A DNA stretch of 64,000 nucleotides, from positions 161,473-225,472 of the forward strand of contig LAPX01000001.1 of assembly GCA_001858525.1 (NCBI GenBank), given 5' to 3'. Positions 48,845 to 58,228 of this stretch are shown piece after piece. The translations under genes and the position numbers were made by a program. The DNA is from Vampirovibrio chlorellavorus. Its GTDB lineage: Bacteria; Cyanobacteriota; Vampirovibrionia; Vampirovibrionales; Vampirovibrionaceae. How positions within the stretch are numbered: the first letter of the stretch is position 1; each line of letters opens with the position of its first letter. The notes under the pieces were generated by a model that saw nothing but the letters and a program-made list of their open reading frames with translations, searched no databases and had not been told where the DNA came from.

Positions 48845-49528
48845 ATGGACCTGAATAAGATGAAAGACGATTTGACCGCCAAACAACAAGAAGTGCTGAA
48901 CCAGTTGCTGGCCTTTGTTCTGGAGAACAACTACCCCCCTTCCATTCAGCAACTTTGCCAGTTATGCGGAGTCAGTTCCACTTCCACCATTCACTTTCAT
49001 CTCAGCGCCTTAAAAAAGAAGGGGCTGATTGACTGGAACCCCTCTGAAAAAAGGGCCATCAGTATTCGGGAAGATCTGCGAGACGAGTATCGCGCTTCTC
49101 AACATCGCGGTGATGACAACGAAGCACTAGAAAATACCGAGCCTGAAGCGGTCAAAAATGGCGTGCTTCCCCTGTTGGGGTCTATCGCGGCGGGCTCTCC
49201 CCTGCAAACCCTGAAAGATACTGTGGAACGCATTGATCTGAGCGAAGACTTGTGCCCGCCGGGCTGCTATGCCCTGAAGGTTCGAGGGACCAGCATGATT
49301 GAAGATCATATTATGGATGAGGATGTGGTCATCATTAATCCGAAAGCCCGAGTGCGGGAGGGTGATGTGGTCGTTGCCCTGGTTGATCAGGAAATGGCCA
49401 CCCTCAAACGCTTTTACCGTGAGAAAGATCGGATTCGCCTGCAGCCCGCCAATTCCGAGATGGAACCTATCTATGTCAAAGACGTCCATATCCAAGGAAA
49501 GGTTGAGGCCGTCATCCGCAAGTTTTAA
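48845..49528 (+). CDS. lexA: SOS repressor LexA
   Basis: LTAKQQEVL, YPPSI, wHTH, IAAG cleavage site, VRGTSM catalytic Ser, TLKRF catalytic Lys. Confidence 0.95.
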   Translation: MDLNKMKDDLTAKQQEVLNQLLAFVLENNYPPSIQQLCQLCGVSSTSTIHFHLSALKKKGLIDWNPSEKRAISIREDLRDEYRASQHRGDDNEALENTEPEAVKNGVLPLLGSIAAGSPLQTLKDTVERIDLSEDLCPPGCYALKVRGTSMIEDHIMDEDVVIINPKARVREGDVVVALVDQEMATLKRFYREKDRIRLQPANSEMEPIYVKDVHIQGKVEAVIRKF

Positions 49529-49646
49529 AGTCCCCTGTCGCTTAAACCAATTGTAGAAACGATGTTTGTAGTCGCTGTTGTTTCAGCGCGCAGTTAATAG
49601 CGAATTGATTAGACAACCCAACTGAAAGAATAAGGAGCTTATCTCT

Positions 49647-49730
49647 ATGAGTATCCGTCGCTTGTTACGTGATGTTTTTTACGGCGCCTTGCTGGTCTGG
49701 CCCTACTTTTTTATCCCGGGCAACGCCTAA
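49647..49730 (+). CDS. 27-aa hydrophobic small protein (absent from the ORF track)
   Basis: TAAGGAG RBS then MSIRRLLRDVFYGALLVWPYFFIPGNA*. Confidence 0.5.
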   Translation: MSIRRLLRDVFYGALLVWPYFFIPGNA

Positions 49731-49930
49731 AACCACAGTCTCTTTAAGTATTGTCCTAATCGAGGATGGGAACTTTATTTTTTAAACACTTCTAACTCTA
49801 TCTATACACACTCCACTCTTTATCCCACAAATCTCACCGAGGCAAATCTATTTGCCTCTTTTTCTTTTATTATTAGGAACACCACTTTTTACCTTTGGCG
49901 ACCCATGTCCCCCCAACGAAAGTACAACGC

Positions 49931-51046
49931 ATGATCAACACCATTTTACCCAGTGCTCCAGAATCCGCCCCAGAGCTCCCAGAGCTGATGATTACCCCAC
50001 CGGATGATCGCAAACCGGCTTTGATTGGCATGTCCCTGCCTGAATTGCGAGCCCTGGTTCAAGAGATGGATGAACCCACCTTCCGGGCGGATCAGCTCCA
50101 CCACTGGCTGTATGTCAAGTGCGTGCGTCATTTTGATGACATGAGCAATCTGAAAAAGAGCTTTCGGGACAAATTAGCGGAGCGCTATCAGGTTGGCTCC
50201 CTGGTGATTGATCGCAAGGAAATCAGCCAGGATGGCACTATCAAGTACCTGTTCCGCCTGCCGGACGGTAAAGTGGTGGAATCGGTGCTCATGTACTTTG
50301 AAGAGCGGGGCTCTTACGCCATTTGCCTGAGCACTCAGGTGGGCTGTGCCGTCAATTGCGGTTTTTGCGCCACGGCCAAATTGGGTTTTCTGAGAAATTT
50401 AAGCATCGGCGAAATTGCGGAACAGTATATTTATGTTCAGGCCGATAGTGGCAAAGAAATCCGCAACATCGTATTCATGGGCCAAGGGGAACCCCTGTTG
50501 AACTACGACAACCTGATACAGAGCATCCAAATCCTGAACCAATCGGCAGAAGTGGGCATTCGACACATTACCATTTCCACCTCCGGCATTGTGCCCCGTA
50601 TTTACGACCTGGCTCGGGAAAATCGTCAATTGACTCTGGCCGTTTCCCTGCACGCCCCGGACGATGAAACCCGGGAAGCCATCATGCCCATCAACCGAAA
50701 ATGGCCGCTGGATCAACTGATGCCGGCCCTCCATCACTATGTCGATACCACTGGCAAGCGCCTGACCATTGAGTACATCTTGCTGGCCGGGGTGAACGAT
50801 CAACCCAGCCACGCCCATGCCCTGGGAGAACTGTTAAAAGGGCTCAAGTGCAACGTCAACCTGATTCCCTACAACCCCATTGGCGATGGCTATGGCTATA
50901 AACGGCCCTCCGGAAATGCCATTCACCGCTTCCGGGAAGTAGTTAGCAGCTACGGCAAAAAAGTGACCATTCGGGTGGAACGTGGTGTGGACATTGCCGC
51001 GGCATGTGGTCAGCTGGCCAATAAAGTTCAGGCCGGGCTCGCCTAG
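49931..51046 (+). CDS. rlmN: 23S rRNA m2A2503 methyltransferase RlmN
   Basis: CLSTQVGCAVNCGFC radical SAM motif, FMGQGEP, SLHAP, DIAAACGQL. Confidence 0.95.
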   Translation: MINTILPSAPESAPELPELMITPPDDRKPALIGMSLPELRALVQEMDEPTFRADQLHHWLYVKCVRHFDDMSNLKKSFRDKLAERYQVGSLVIDRKEISQDGTIKYLFRLPDGKVVESVLMYFEERGSYAICLSTQVGCAVNCGFCATAKLGFLRNLSIGEIAEQYIYVQADSGKEIRNIVFMGQGEPLLNYDNLIQSIQILNQSAEVGIRHITISTSGIVPRIYDLARENRQLTLAVSLHAPDDETREAIMPINRKWPLDQLMPALHHYVDTTGKRLTIEYILLAGVNDQPSHAHALGELLKGLKCNVNLIPYNPIGDGYGYKRPSGNAIHRFREVVSSYGKKVTIRVERGVDIAAACGQLANKVQAGLA

Positions 51047-51133
51047 CGCTGGTGCCCCATTTTTAATACCTAACTTGTAATCTCGGATACGATCGGTCGA
51101 TGCCTGATTCCGCTCCCAGATCTGTGCGCTTTA

Positions 51134-51400
51134 TTAAGCCCACAGATCCAGACGCTTTGTAGAACTCGAGCCCAGCCAGGACGCCTCGGGCTCTTCCAGG
51201 CCGGTGAGATAGGACAAGCCATTCACGCCCAACAGCACGGGGATGGTCATGAGCATGCCCATCTGTTCCAAGGCTGTTTGCCTTGGGGGCTGTGTTTTGT
51301 GATCTGTTGACGTCTTACCGGCAAAAGTGGGGCGAATTGGACTTTGACTGTAATTTTTAGGGGTGGCAGAGACCACAGCCTCGCTGCGTAATGAAAACAT
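51134..51400 (-). CDS. small hypothetical protein
   Basis: ORF with PTFAG motif, one hydrophobic helix, ending KRLDLWA. Confidence 0.5.
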   Translation of the reverse strand: MFSLRSEAVVSATPKNYSQSPIRPTFAGKTSTDHKTQPPRQTALEQMGMLMTIPVLLGVNGLSYLTGLEEPEASWLGSSSTKRLDLWA

Positions 51401-52056
51401 AAGGAACCCGCCTCTTATATAGCAAATCTTTTATAGAACAGTTTGGAAAAATGGATGTTCAGAAACCCCAAAGACCATTTTACGAATACTACTTACTACA
51501 TAGATACTAATACGTGTGACTAACCAAATTTTCAGGAGATTAAGGCTTTTGAAGGCGTTTCCGTTCGGCCTAAAACCTTAACTCAACGATTCGAAAAGTT
51601 TTGTTATTATAAGTGACTTTTCAGAAATAGCAAAGTACTCCATAGAGTGATAGACAATATCGACATCAAGTGTGAACTTTTTTGAAGCGTTCAACCCCAT
51701 TTCAGAACCGAACCGTTCTCTTGCCTGAAGAAAATGCTGAAATCCTTGTGAGTCAAGAATGAAAGCCCGTTCTGCAATCAACAACGTCAGCAGATCATCA
51801 GCAAAGGCCTTTCTCCCTCCCCCCAAAGCAAAAGCACTGAAACATAGGACAGAAGGCCATTTCAGACAGTTTCATCTTGCTTGCGGATTGCGAGGCTGCT
51901 TCTCTGCCAAGCAAGTCTAAACAAAGCTTTTTGTTTGCTTTCAGTACTTTTTTCATATCATGGTCACAAAGTTTTGTTGCAATTAGTACAAACGAGCAAC
52001 TTTCCTCCTTCACCGTCATTGATAGCAGTATCAAGCTCGTTAGCTACTAGGGTGTT

Positions 52057-53151
52057 ATGGTAACGACAACTCTAAACAGCATTACCTTGCCGTCCAAACG
52101 GTCCACAGGGAAAACTCTACCTGTGCGCTTTGGTTCCGGCAGCGCCATCCTGGCCAAAACGGCCGGGCCAGAGGTTCAGCATGAAGCCGTGGTACGCGGA
52201 TACCGTTTTGCCAGCTTCATCAAAAACCGCCTGCTGGGTGGAAAGCTGTTTAATAATGATATCCGTTGGGGCGGTTTATCCCTGGAGGATATGGCCAGTC
52301 GGGTACAAACCCTGTTGGGCGTTTATCTGCTGCAAGGCTACTACGCCATTAAAGACGACAAACACCCTTGGGAAACCAATGGCCGGAACGCTGTTATCTG
52401 GGTGATGACCCTGTTGCTGCAAAACCTGGCCAAAAGTGAGAATTACGGGGTCAATACCCTGCTCTTCAACCCGTTTATGCGGCAAAAAGGATACCTCTCC
52501 TCAGAAATGTCCGGGCTGCAAAAATTCCTCGATCGCGGCCGCATGGACGTGGATTATCTGGATATCCTGCAAGATGCCGGCATTAAAATCAGTGATGACG
52601 AGCTAAAGGGCGCCCGAAAGGGTAAAAAAGCCTTGTGGGCCTCCTCTTGGCTGGACGCTAACAAGACGGATATCATTAAAAAACGATATCGGGACCTCCA
52701 TCAAAAGATACAGGAAAACGCCAAAGCCCTGGCCGACAAAAAGCCCATTCCCCATATCCTGACCCCTCTGGAAAAAGCCATAGAAAAAGAGATTCCCCGG
52801 TTTTTTAAACGAATAAATGGCTGGAACATGGCATCCACAGGGCTAGTCGTCGGAGCCACCATATATTTCATTGGCGGGGTGGCCATGGATATCGTCAACA
52901 AAGTCATCTCTCCCCTGGACAAAGACTTTGAAGGCAACAAGAACCTACCCCCCGACCAAATTCTTAAAAATCCCATCCTGGCCAAAACCCACCCGCCTCA
53001 GAGTACCCTCACCAACACCCCGTTTTCACCCACCACTACCAGTAGCATCACCACACCGCCAATCCAATTTTTTCAGAGTTATGTGAGTCACCGTCGTCAT
53101 AGCACCCCATCTACCCTTCCCGGCTCTAGTCTTCCCGGAGGGCTTGGTTGA
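52057..53151 (+). CDS. hypothetical membrane-associated protein
   Basis: 364-aa ORF; PVRFG motif, hydrophobic helices, Ser/Thr/Pro tail. Confidence 0.7.
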   Translation: MVTTTLNSITLPSKRSTGKTLPVRFGSGSAILAKTAGPEVQHEAVVRGYRFASFIKNRLLGGKLFNNDIRWGGLSLEDMASRVQTLLGVYLLQGYYAIKDDKHPWETNGRNAVIWVMTLLLQNLAKSENYGVNTLLFNPFMRQKGYLSSEMSGLQKFLDRGRMDVDYLDILQDAGIKISDDELKGARKGKKALWASSWLDANKTDIIKKRYRDLHQKIQENAKALADKKPIPHILTPLEKAIEKEIPRFFKRINGWNMASTGLVVGATIYFIGGVAMDIVNKVISPLDKDFEGNKNLPPDQILKNPILAKTHPPQSTLTNTPFSPTTTSSITTPPIQFFQSYVSHRRHSTPSTLPGSSLPGGLG

Positions 53152-56081
53152 TGGGCATGCTTCCAATGGCTATGCAGCTGAACCCCTGGGCACAACGAGC
53201 GCTGGCTCAGTCAGTGAACCTGGGCTACGCTGGACGGGGCACCTATCGGGTTCATGAAACCAACCCGGAGCGCAAAGGGGATTATTGGTTTCGGGACTTT
53301 GGCATGGTCATGGCTTGCACCTACATGACCGAAATGGGCTTCCGGGGAACCGAACGCTTTTACACCATGCCCTTGTTGACCAACGCCCTGGAGCTTCAGG
53401 CCCTCAGAACCGAGCTTGGCCAAAAGCGGGTTATCCCCACCTTTGATACAGTGCAAATAAAAAATGGCGCACGCACAGACTCTGTCCAGTTGCTCAATTC
53501 CAAGCCCCTGTATCCACGGGCCTGGAACTATTCCGAGTTGCCCGAAGCGCTGCGTGAGAAGATGATGGGCACCCTGATCCGCAACAGTTCCGAGCTGGTG
53601 CCCCAAGTGTTGCAGGAAGAAGCCCTGAATGAAATCAGGGCGCTAGAAATCAAGGCGTTAAAAGAAAAGGCGTTAAAAGAAAAGAATCCCCCGCCTTATA
53701 AAAGCTTGAAACAGCTCATCACCCATCCGCTCAACCCGGATAATGGCAACTTGGTGGAAGCGTTCATCGAAAAAACCGCCGGACTCAGCAGCCATCGGGC
53801 CGAGTTGGAACGCATCGCCAAAATTGACAACAAAGCCACGGCCGAGGCGGAAACCCAAAAACTCTTTCAGAAACTATCCGCCACCCACACGGACAAAGAA
53901 ACGCTGAAGGCCCACATTCAGCAATCCGTGCAACTGCTCAAAACCGAGCAGTTGGGCATTCTGATCAACCATCTGGATCGCAACCTGAACTTTCAGCATT
54001 ATTTGGAAAGCAACTTTTTAAAACCCAAAGCAGAAGTCCTCAAGCCCAAGGGCGCCATTGAGCCTCGTTACTTCAAGTTGCCGGAAGCTTTGGCCCCGCG
54101 TAACCCCTTTAGCGCCGTGGATGAAATATCCGGCATTGTGTCCGATCGGATGCGCTTTTACATTGATAAACTCAATAGCCTACAGCACCAGGGAAAAGCC
54201 GATTTACGCAGCCTGGCCGAAAAAGTCCGGAGGCTGCCTCTGGATCAGCGGGAAAAAGCCTTCACCAAAGGTATTCAGGAAATCGAAAACCTGCAGTTTC
54301 TGTACAAAAAACAATCTCTGACCGACCACTGGCATGCCTCCACCAGCAAAGATATTTTGAAACTGATGGAAGAAGAGAAGTTAGATACTAACGCGGCGCA
54401 GGATCTCATCAAACAGGAAAACCTGGAGCGACAAACAATCCTGCAAGGCATTCAAAAAAGTAAAAAGCAGCTTGGCAACCAGGATCAAAAGCTAAAGTGT
54501 CTGGAAGAATGGGCCGACAACAACCACAATTATCTGCTGAACTGGGAAAACGAATTCCGCATTGAAAAAGACCGGCTTCAGGCTTTTCTGACCAAACCCA
54601 CCGAGCGGGCCCACAAGCCCAAGGGATACATTTCCATGAACCAGCTGAACACCCAGCTAGGGCATTTTGAAGGCTGGTTTGAAACGATCTCCAAAAGCCT
54701 GCAAGTCCGAAACGCCATTTTGGACAACTTGTGGCAGCACTTGGGCGAGGATTTGCTGCTGCAAGTGAAGAAAAAAGTAAAAACCGCCTTTGAAGACGTC
54801 AACAAACTCTCCTACGAGCACTTACCCCTCTATACCGAAGGTCCGCTGAAAGGCCAACCGGTGGAGAAAGGGAAACTGCTAGAAGCCCGATTACAAGATA
54901 TTGGCCTGCGGCACTGGCTGGATGATAGCGAAATCAAGCATTTAAGTGAAGATTTGGCCCAGCATTTACCAAAAATGTCCAGTACCACTGAGACCGCCAA
55001 AGACCTTGAGCAGCACAGCGTGGAATCAGTCATGGGCAAGGTCAAAAAGACCATTTGGGCTCACCTGACCGGTGATGTGGATTACAACAACCTGAACGAT
55101 TCGTTCTGTAAAAACTTAAAAGCCCAAGTGGATGCCAAACTGAACGCGCTGAGCCCAGAACAGCAAACCACGCTGAAGGCCGGAAAAATACGGGGCAAGC
55201 TGTTCAGTCAGCTTACCAACACCGATGCCTTCGGCAACCCGCTCTCCAATCAGTACGAAGAGGGCATGGAAACCCTGCTGAAAAAAATCCTGAACGAAGC
55301 AAACCTGCACGTTGTTAAGAATCAGAGCGGTCACGAGGTTAAAAGTGCGGAGTGGACGGTTAAAAGCCTGATTACTGATGGCTTGCAAAGCCATATGGTC
55401 AAGTCCGCGGTGGATAAGATTCAGAAAAACGGCACCTGGCCCAAAATTCTGGCCACCGTGGGGCTTAACTTCGTCTTCTACGGATGGCTGGCCAGCCGCT
55501 TTGACAATAAAGTTCTGCAACCCTACCAGGAAAAGCTGGTGGCTGAAAAAGGAACCGCTCAGGATATCGTCAATGCCGGCTATCTGGGTACCTTGCCCGC
55601 CGTTGCTATTCTCTCCCAGGCCTGGGACAAAACCACCTTGCCAATGCTCAACGGCCTGAGACGTATGAACCACTTCAGCCGCTTTGCCTCCGTGGGTGGC
55701 GTAGCGCTGGGCGTGTTTGCAGCCTCTTCCTATGGATTCCTGAAAGTTTTGGAAAAAAAGTCAGCCCCCCAACCCGGATATCCCAAAAAGCAACCCCCTG
55801 CGGTGACACCAAACACCCAGCCATCCGTGCAACCAACCTTTAACGCCCTATCAAAGCCCGCCATTACGCCGCCTGCATCCAGTCTGGATAGCCCCTTCAG
55901 TAATCGAAGCCAGTTGAACGGCCTACCCTTTCAAAGTTATCGTCCTCAGGCCACCGCGTTCAACCAGCCGCAAAAGCGTCCCGTACTGAATCGATCCAGT
56001 GCCGGGCCGACTTTTCTATTTCCACCCTGCTTTCAAGGACAACCCTTTCCTGTAAAGCAACCGCTGCCTAAGGCTGAGTAG
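53148..56081 (+). CDS. large hypothetical protein (helical core, C-terminal hydrophobic helices)
   Basis: 977-aa ORF overlapping the upstream stop; Lys/Glu-rich middle; Pro/Gln tail. Confidence 0.75.
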   Translation: MMGMLPMAMQLNPWAQRALAQSVNLGYAGRGTYRVHETNPERKGDYWFRDFGMVMACTYMTEMGFRGTERFYTMPLLTNALELQALRTELGQKRVIPTFDTVQIKNGARTDSVQLLNSKPLYPRAWNYSELPEALREKMMGTLIRNSSELVPQVLQEEALNEIRALEIKALKEKALKEKNPPPYKSLKQLITHPLNPDNGNLVEAFIEKTAGLSSHRAELERIAKIDNKATAEAETQKLFQKLSATHTDKETLKAHIQQSVQLLKTEQLGILINHLDRNLNFQHYLESNFLKPKAEVLKPKGAIEPRYFKLPEALAPRNPFSAVDEISGIVSDRMRFYIDKLNSLQHQGKADLRSLAEKVRRLPLDQREKAFTKGIQEIENLQFLYKKQSLTDHWHASTSKDILKLMEEEKLDTNAAQDLIKQENLERQTILQGIQKSKKQLGNQDQKLKCLEEWADNNHNYLLNWENEFRIEKDRLQAFLTKPTERAHKPKGYISMNQLNTQLGHFEGWFETISKSLQVRNAILDNLWQHLGEDLLLQVKKKVKTAFEDVNKLSYEHLPLYTEGPLKGQPVEKGKLLEARLQDIGLRHWLDDSEIKHLSEDLAQHLPKMSSTTETAKDLEQHSVESVMGKVKKTIWAHLTGDVDYNNLNDSFCKNLKAQVDAKLNALSPEQQTTLKAGKIRGKLFSQLTNTDAFGNPLSNQYEEGMETLLKKILNEANLHVVKNQSGHEVKSAEWTVKSLITDGLQSHMVKSAVDKIQKNGTWPKILATVGLNFVFYGWLASRFDNKVLQPYQEKLVAEKGTAQDIVNAGYLGTLPAVAILSQAWDKTTLPMLNGLRRMNHFSRFASVGGVALGVFAASSYGFLKVLEKKSAPQPGYPKKQPPAVTPNTQPSVQPTFNALSKPAITPPASSLDSPFSNRSQLNGLPFQSYRPQATAFNQPQKRPVLNRSSAGPTFLFPPCFQGQPFPVKQPLPKAE

Positions 56082-56418
56082 CCCGCACCTGGCTAATGGC
56101 CTGCGCCTCTGATTCCCAGATATCCAACACCCGATCCATGTGGGTTAACTCCATTAAACCGGAGATCTGCTTATTCAACCCGAACAGGGTCAAATTCCCG
56201 TGAATTTCCCGACACAGCTTGAGCAGGGAAATTAAAACAGCAATGCCAAAGCTGTCCAGCATTTGCACCTCGGAAAAATTCAGCACAATATGCCGGTGCC
56301 CTTCCATTAACAACTTGGCGACATGATTTTTTAAGACCATCGTCTTGGGATATCCGAACTTATCGTCGGTCACGTCTACCACAACACAACCCGGCAAAAA
56401 ACGATTGGCCAAATCCAT
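56068..56418 (-). CDS. STAS-domain anti-sigma factor antagonist
   Basis: IVLNFSEVQMLDSFGIAVL with the phosphoacceptor Ser, MELTHMDRVL. Confidence 0.88.
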   Translation of the reverse strand: MDLANRFLPGCVVVDVTDDKFGYPKTMVLKNHVAKLLMEGHRHIVLNFSEVQMLDSFGIAVLISLLKLCREIHGNLTLFGLNKQISGLMELTHMDRVLDIWESEAQAISQVRATQP

Positions 56419-56715
56419 CCAACAACTCCAGTATGGAAATACTGTCCTATCATACCATTTTTACCAAATCGAACCGGCTTTGGCAGCGGGAAAAAATGCA
56501 TTGTTCATGGCCCCAAAATCAAGGGCTGGTTAGCATCCTTTTGGATTACCCGAAATAGGGGAGCAAACTGTCGCAAAAAATGGGCATAATAAGTTAAATT
56601 GGGACTGTCAAAAAAAAAGCAAACTTTGTGAACGCCCCTTCCCTTCTCTCTGTTTAAAGTTTCTGTGTTTGCCGCCCCCCCCAAAAGTGAGGAACTCGCT
56701 AATTGAGAGCCACCC

Positions 56716-57534
56716 ATGATTGATCGAATTTTTGCCGCCCCCAAAGGCACAGCGCTGGAAGCCGGAATCGATTTCGCACTGGCTCATGGGCTTGATTACG
56801 AGATTCCGACCTTTTACGAGGTGGAGAACCTGGACAACCGTGAAGCGGAAATAACCCGCTATCGACATCTGTTGAGAGACTTTCAGGGTATCCTGTCCAT
56901 GCATGGGCCTATTTTTGACACCAACGTGGTCAGCCTCGATCCGGAAATCCTGAAAATCTCTCAGCATCGCTACCGACAAGCCATTGATGTGGCCAAAACG
57001 CTGGATGTGCGGTATCTGGTCTTTCACTCCCAGTGGACGCCCATTTACAGAGCGGCCAATGCCACTCGTCTTTGGGTAAACAAGGTCACTGACTTTTGGC
57101 TCAAGCTGCTAGAGGAAGAGGTCAAGGATTCCAACCTGACCATTCTGATTGAAAACTTTCTGGATGACGACCCAGAGTCAATTCAAACCATACTCACCCG
57201 GGTAAACTCCCCCCATCTCAAGGCCTGTGTGGATATCGGGCATATCAATATTTTTTCCCAACGCTCTCCGATTGATTGGCTGCAAGAACTGGGAGGACAA
57301 GTGGCCTATATCCACGCCCATAACAACGGGGGAGCGCTGGATAGTCATGATTCCTTTGAAAAAGGCCTGATTGACATGGAGGGATTCCTCAACCACCTGG
57401 CCCTGCTGCCACAAAAGATTCATTTGGCCATCGAAACCGCCACCATCGAGGGGCTGGCCAGCAGCTACGAACTGATCAAACCGCATCTGTCGGTTCAAAA
57501 AGAGCAATTCTTGGCCAAAAGCTTCCTGATTTAG
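56716..57534 (+). CDS. sugar phosphate isomerase/epimerase family (AP endonuclease 2 TIM barrel)
   Basis: SMHGP, VFHS, IENF, CVDIGH, IHAHNN.G..D.H, AIE motifs. Confidence 0.82.
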   Translation: MIDRIFAAPKGTALEAGIDFALAHGLDYEIPTFYEVENLDNREAEITRYRHLLRDFQGILSMHGPIFDTNVVSLDPEILKISQHRYRQAIDVAKTLDVRYLVFHSQWTPIYRAANATRLWVNKVTDFWLKLLEEEVKDSNLTILIENFLDDDPESIQTILTRVNSPHLKACVDIGHINIFSQRSPIDWLQELGGQVAYIHAHNNGGALDSHDSFEKGLIDMEGFLNHLALLPQKIHLAIETATIEGLASSYELIKPHLSVQKEQFLAKSFLI

Positions 57535-57612
57535 GAAGCAGAGAGTCAATCACCCTCAAAAGACGGCCTGGTCCATATAGATTCTGACGCAGGGCAAGGC
57601 TTGTCAGGGCTT

Positions 57613-57981
57613 TTACTTGCTTTTGGCACCCGATACGGTACCCCAGATGGAGAGTCCTATGGGGGCTACACCCATCAGCGCCGCCACCGGCAGCAATGGG
57701 TGAATAAAAATGCCTAAAAGCCCCACAGCAATACTGAGTGGCCACAGTATGACGCCACTGGCCAGGCCACCCACGCCAAAGGCCGCGGCTTTAAGACCGC
57801 CTGCAAACTGGACAGGCTTGCCTTTAACGGCTTGGGCAGACAAACCCGTGAACTGATCGGTACTGGCAATGGCAGGTCTCTGTGATACAGGAGCATACAA
57901 AGGTTGGGCACCAAAAGAAGCTTTGGCAGGGGAGGAGCCGGGTAAGCTCTGAGGGGGGGAAGAAGGTAATACGGACAGCAT
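57613..57981 (-). CDS. hypothetical membrane protein
   Basis: Pro/Ser-rich N terminus with SFG, DQF and QFAG motifs, then two TM helices; AAAGG RBS. Confidence 0.55.
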   Translation of the reverse strand: MLSVLPSSPPQSLPGSSPAKASFGAQPLYAPVSQRPAIASTDQFTGLSAQAVKGKPVQFAGGLKAAAFGVGGLASGVILWPLSIAVGLLGIFIHPLLPVAALMGVAPIGLSIWGTVSGAKSK

Positions 57982-58228
57982 GGCAATAGCCTTTCTGGCA
58001 AAAATATTTGCAGGCTTAGGAAATGGACAAGTACTGGTATAAAACCACCACAAGAATTTTGTTGCTAGTGCGGAATGTATTACTACAAACAGACCCAATA
58101 ATCTTTTTTTCGACCCTATCTAACAGTGCAATTTATTTTTGGGGTAATCTTGTTAAAATCATTGCAATTGATTATAAATAAACAGCAAGTGGTTCGTCGT
58201 TTAATTATGGAATGAGAAGAGTTTTACC

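Noticed and set aside
53652..53684. 15-bp tandem duplication (KALKEKALKEK)
   Set aside because: Only two in-frame copies; no switching potential
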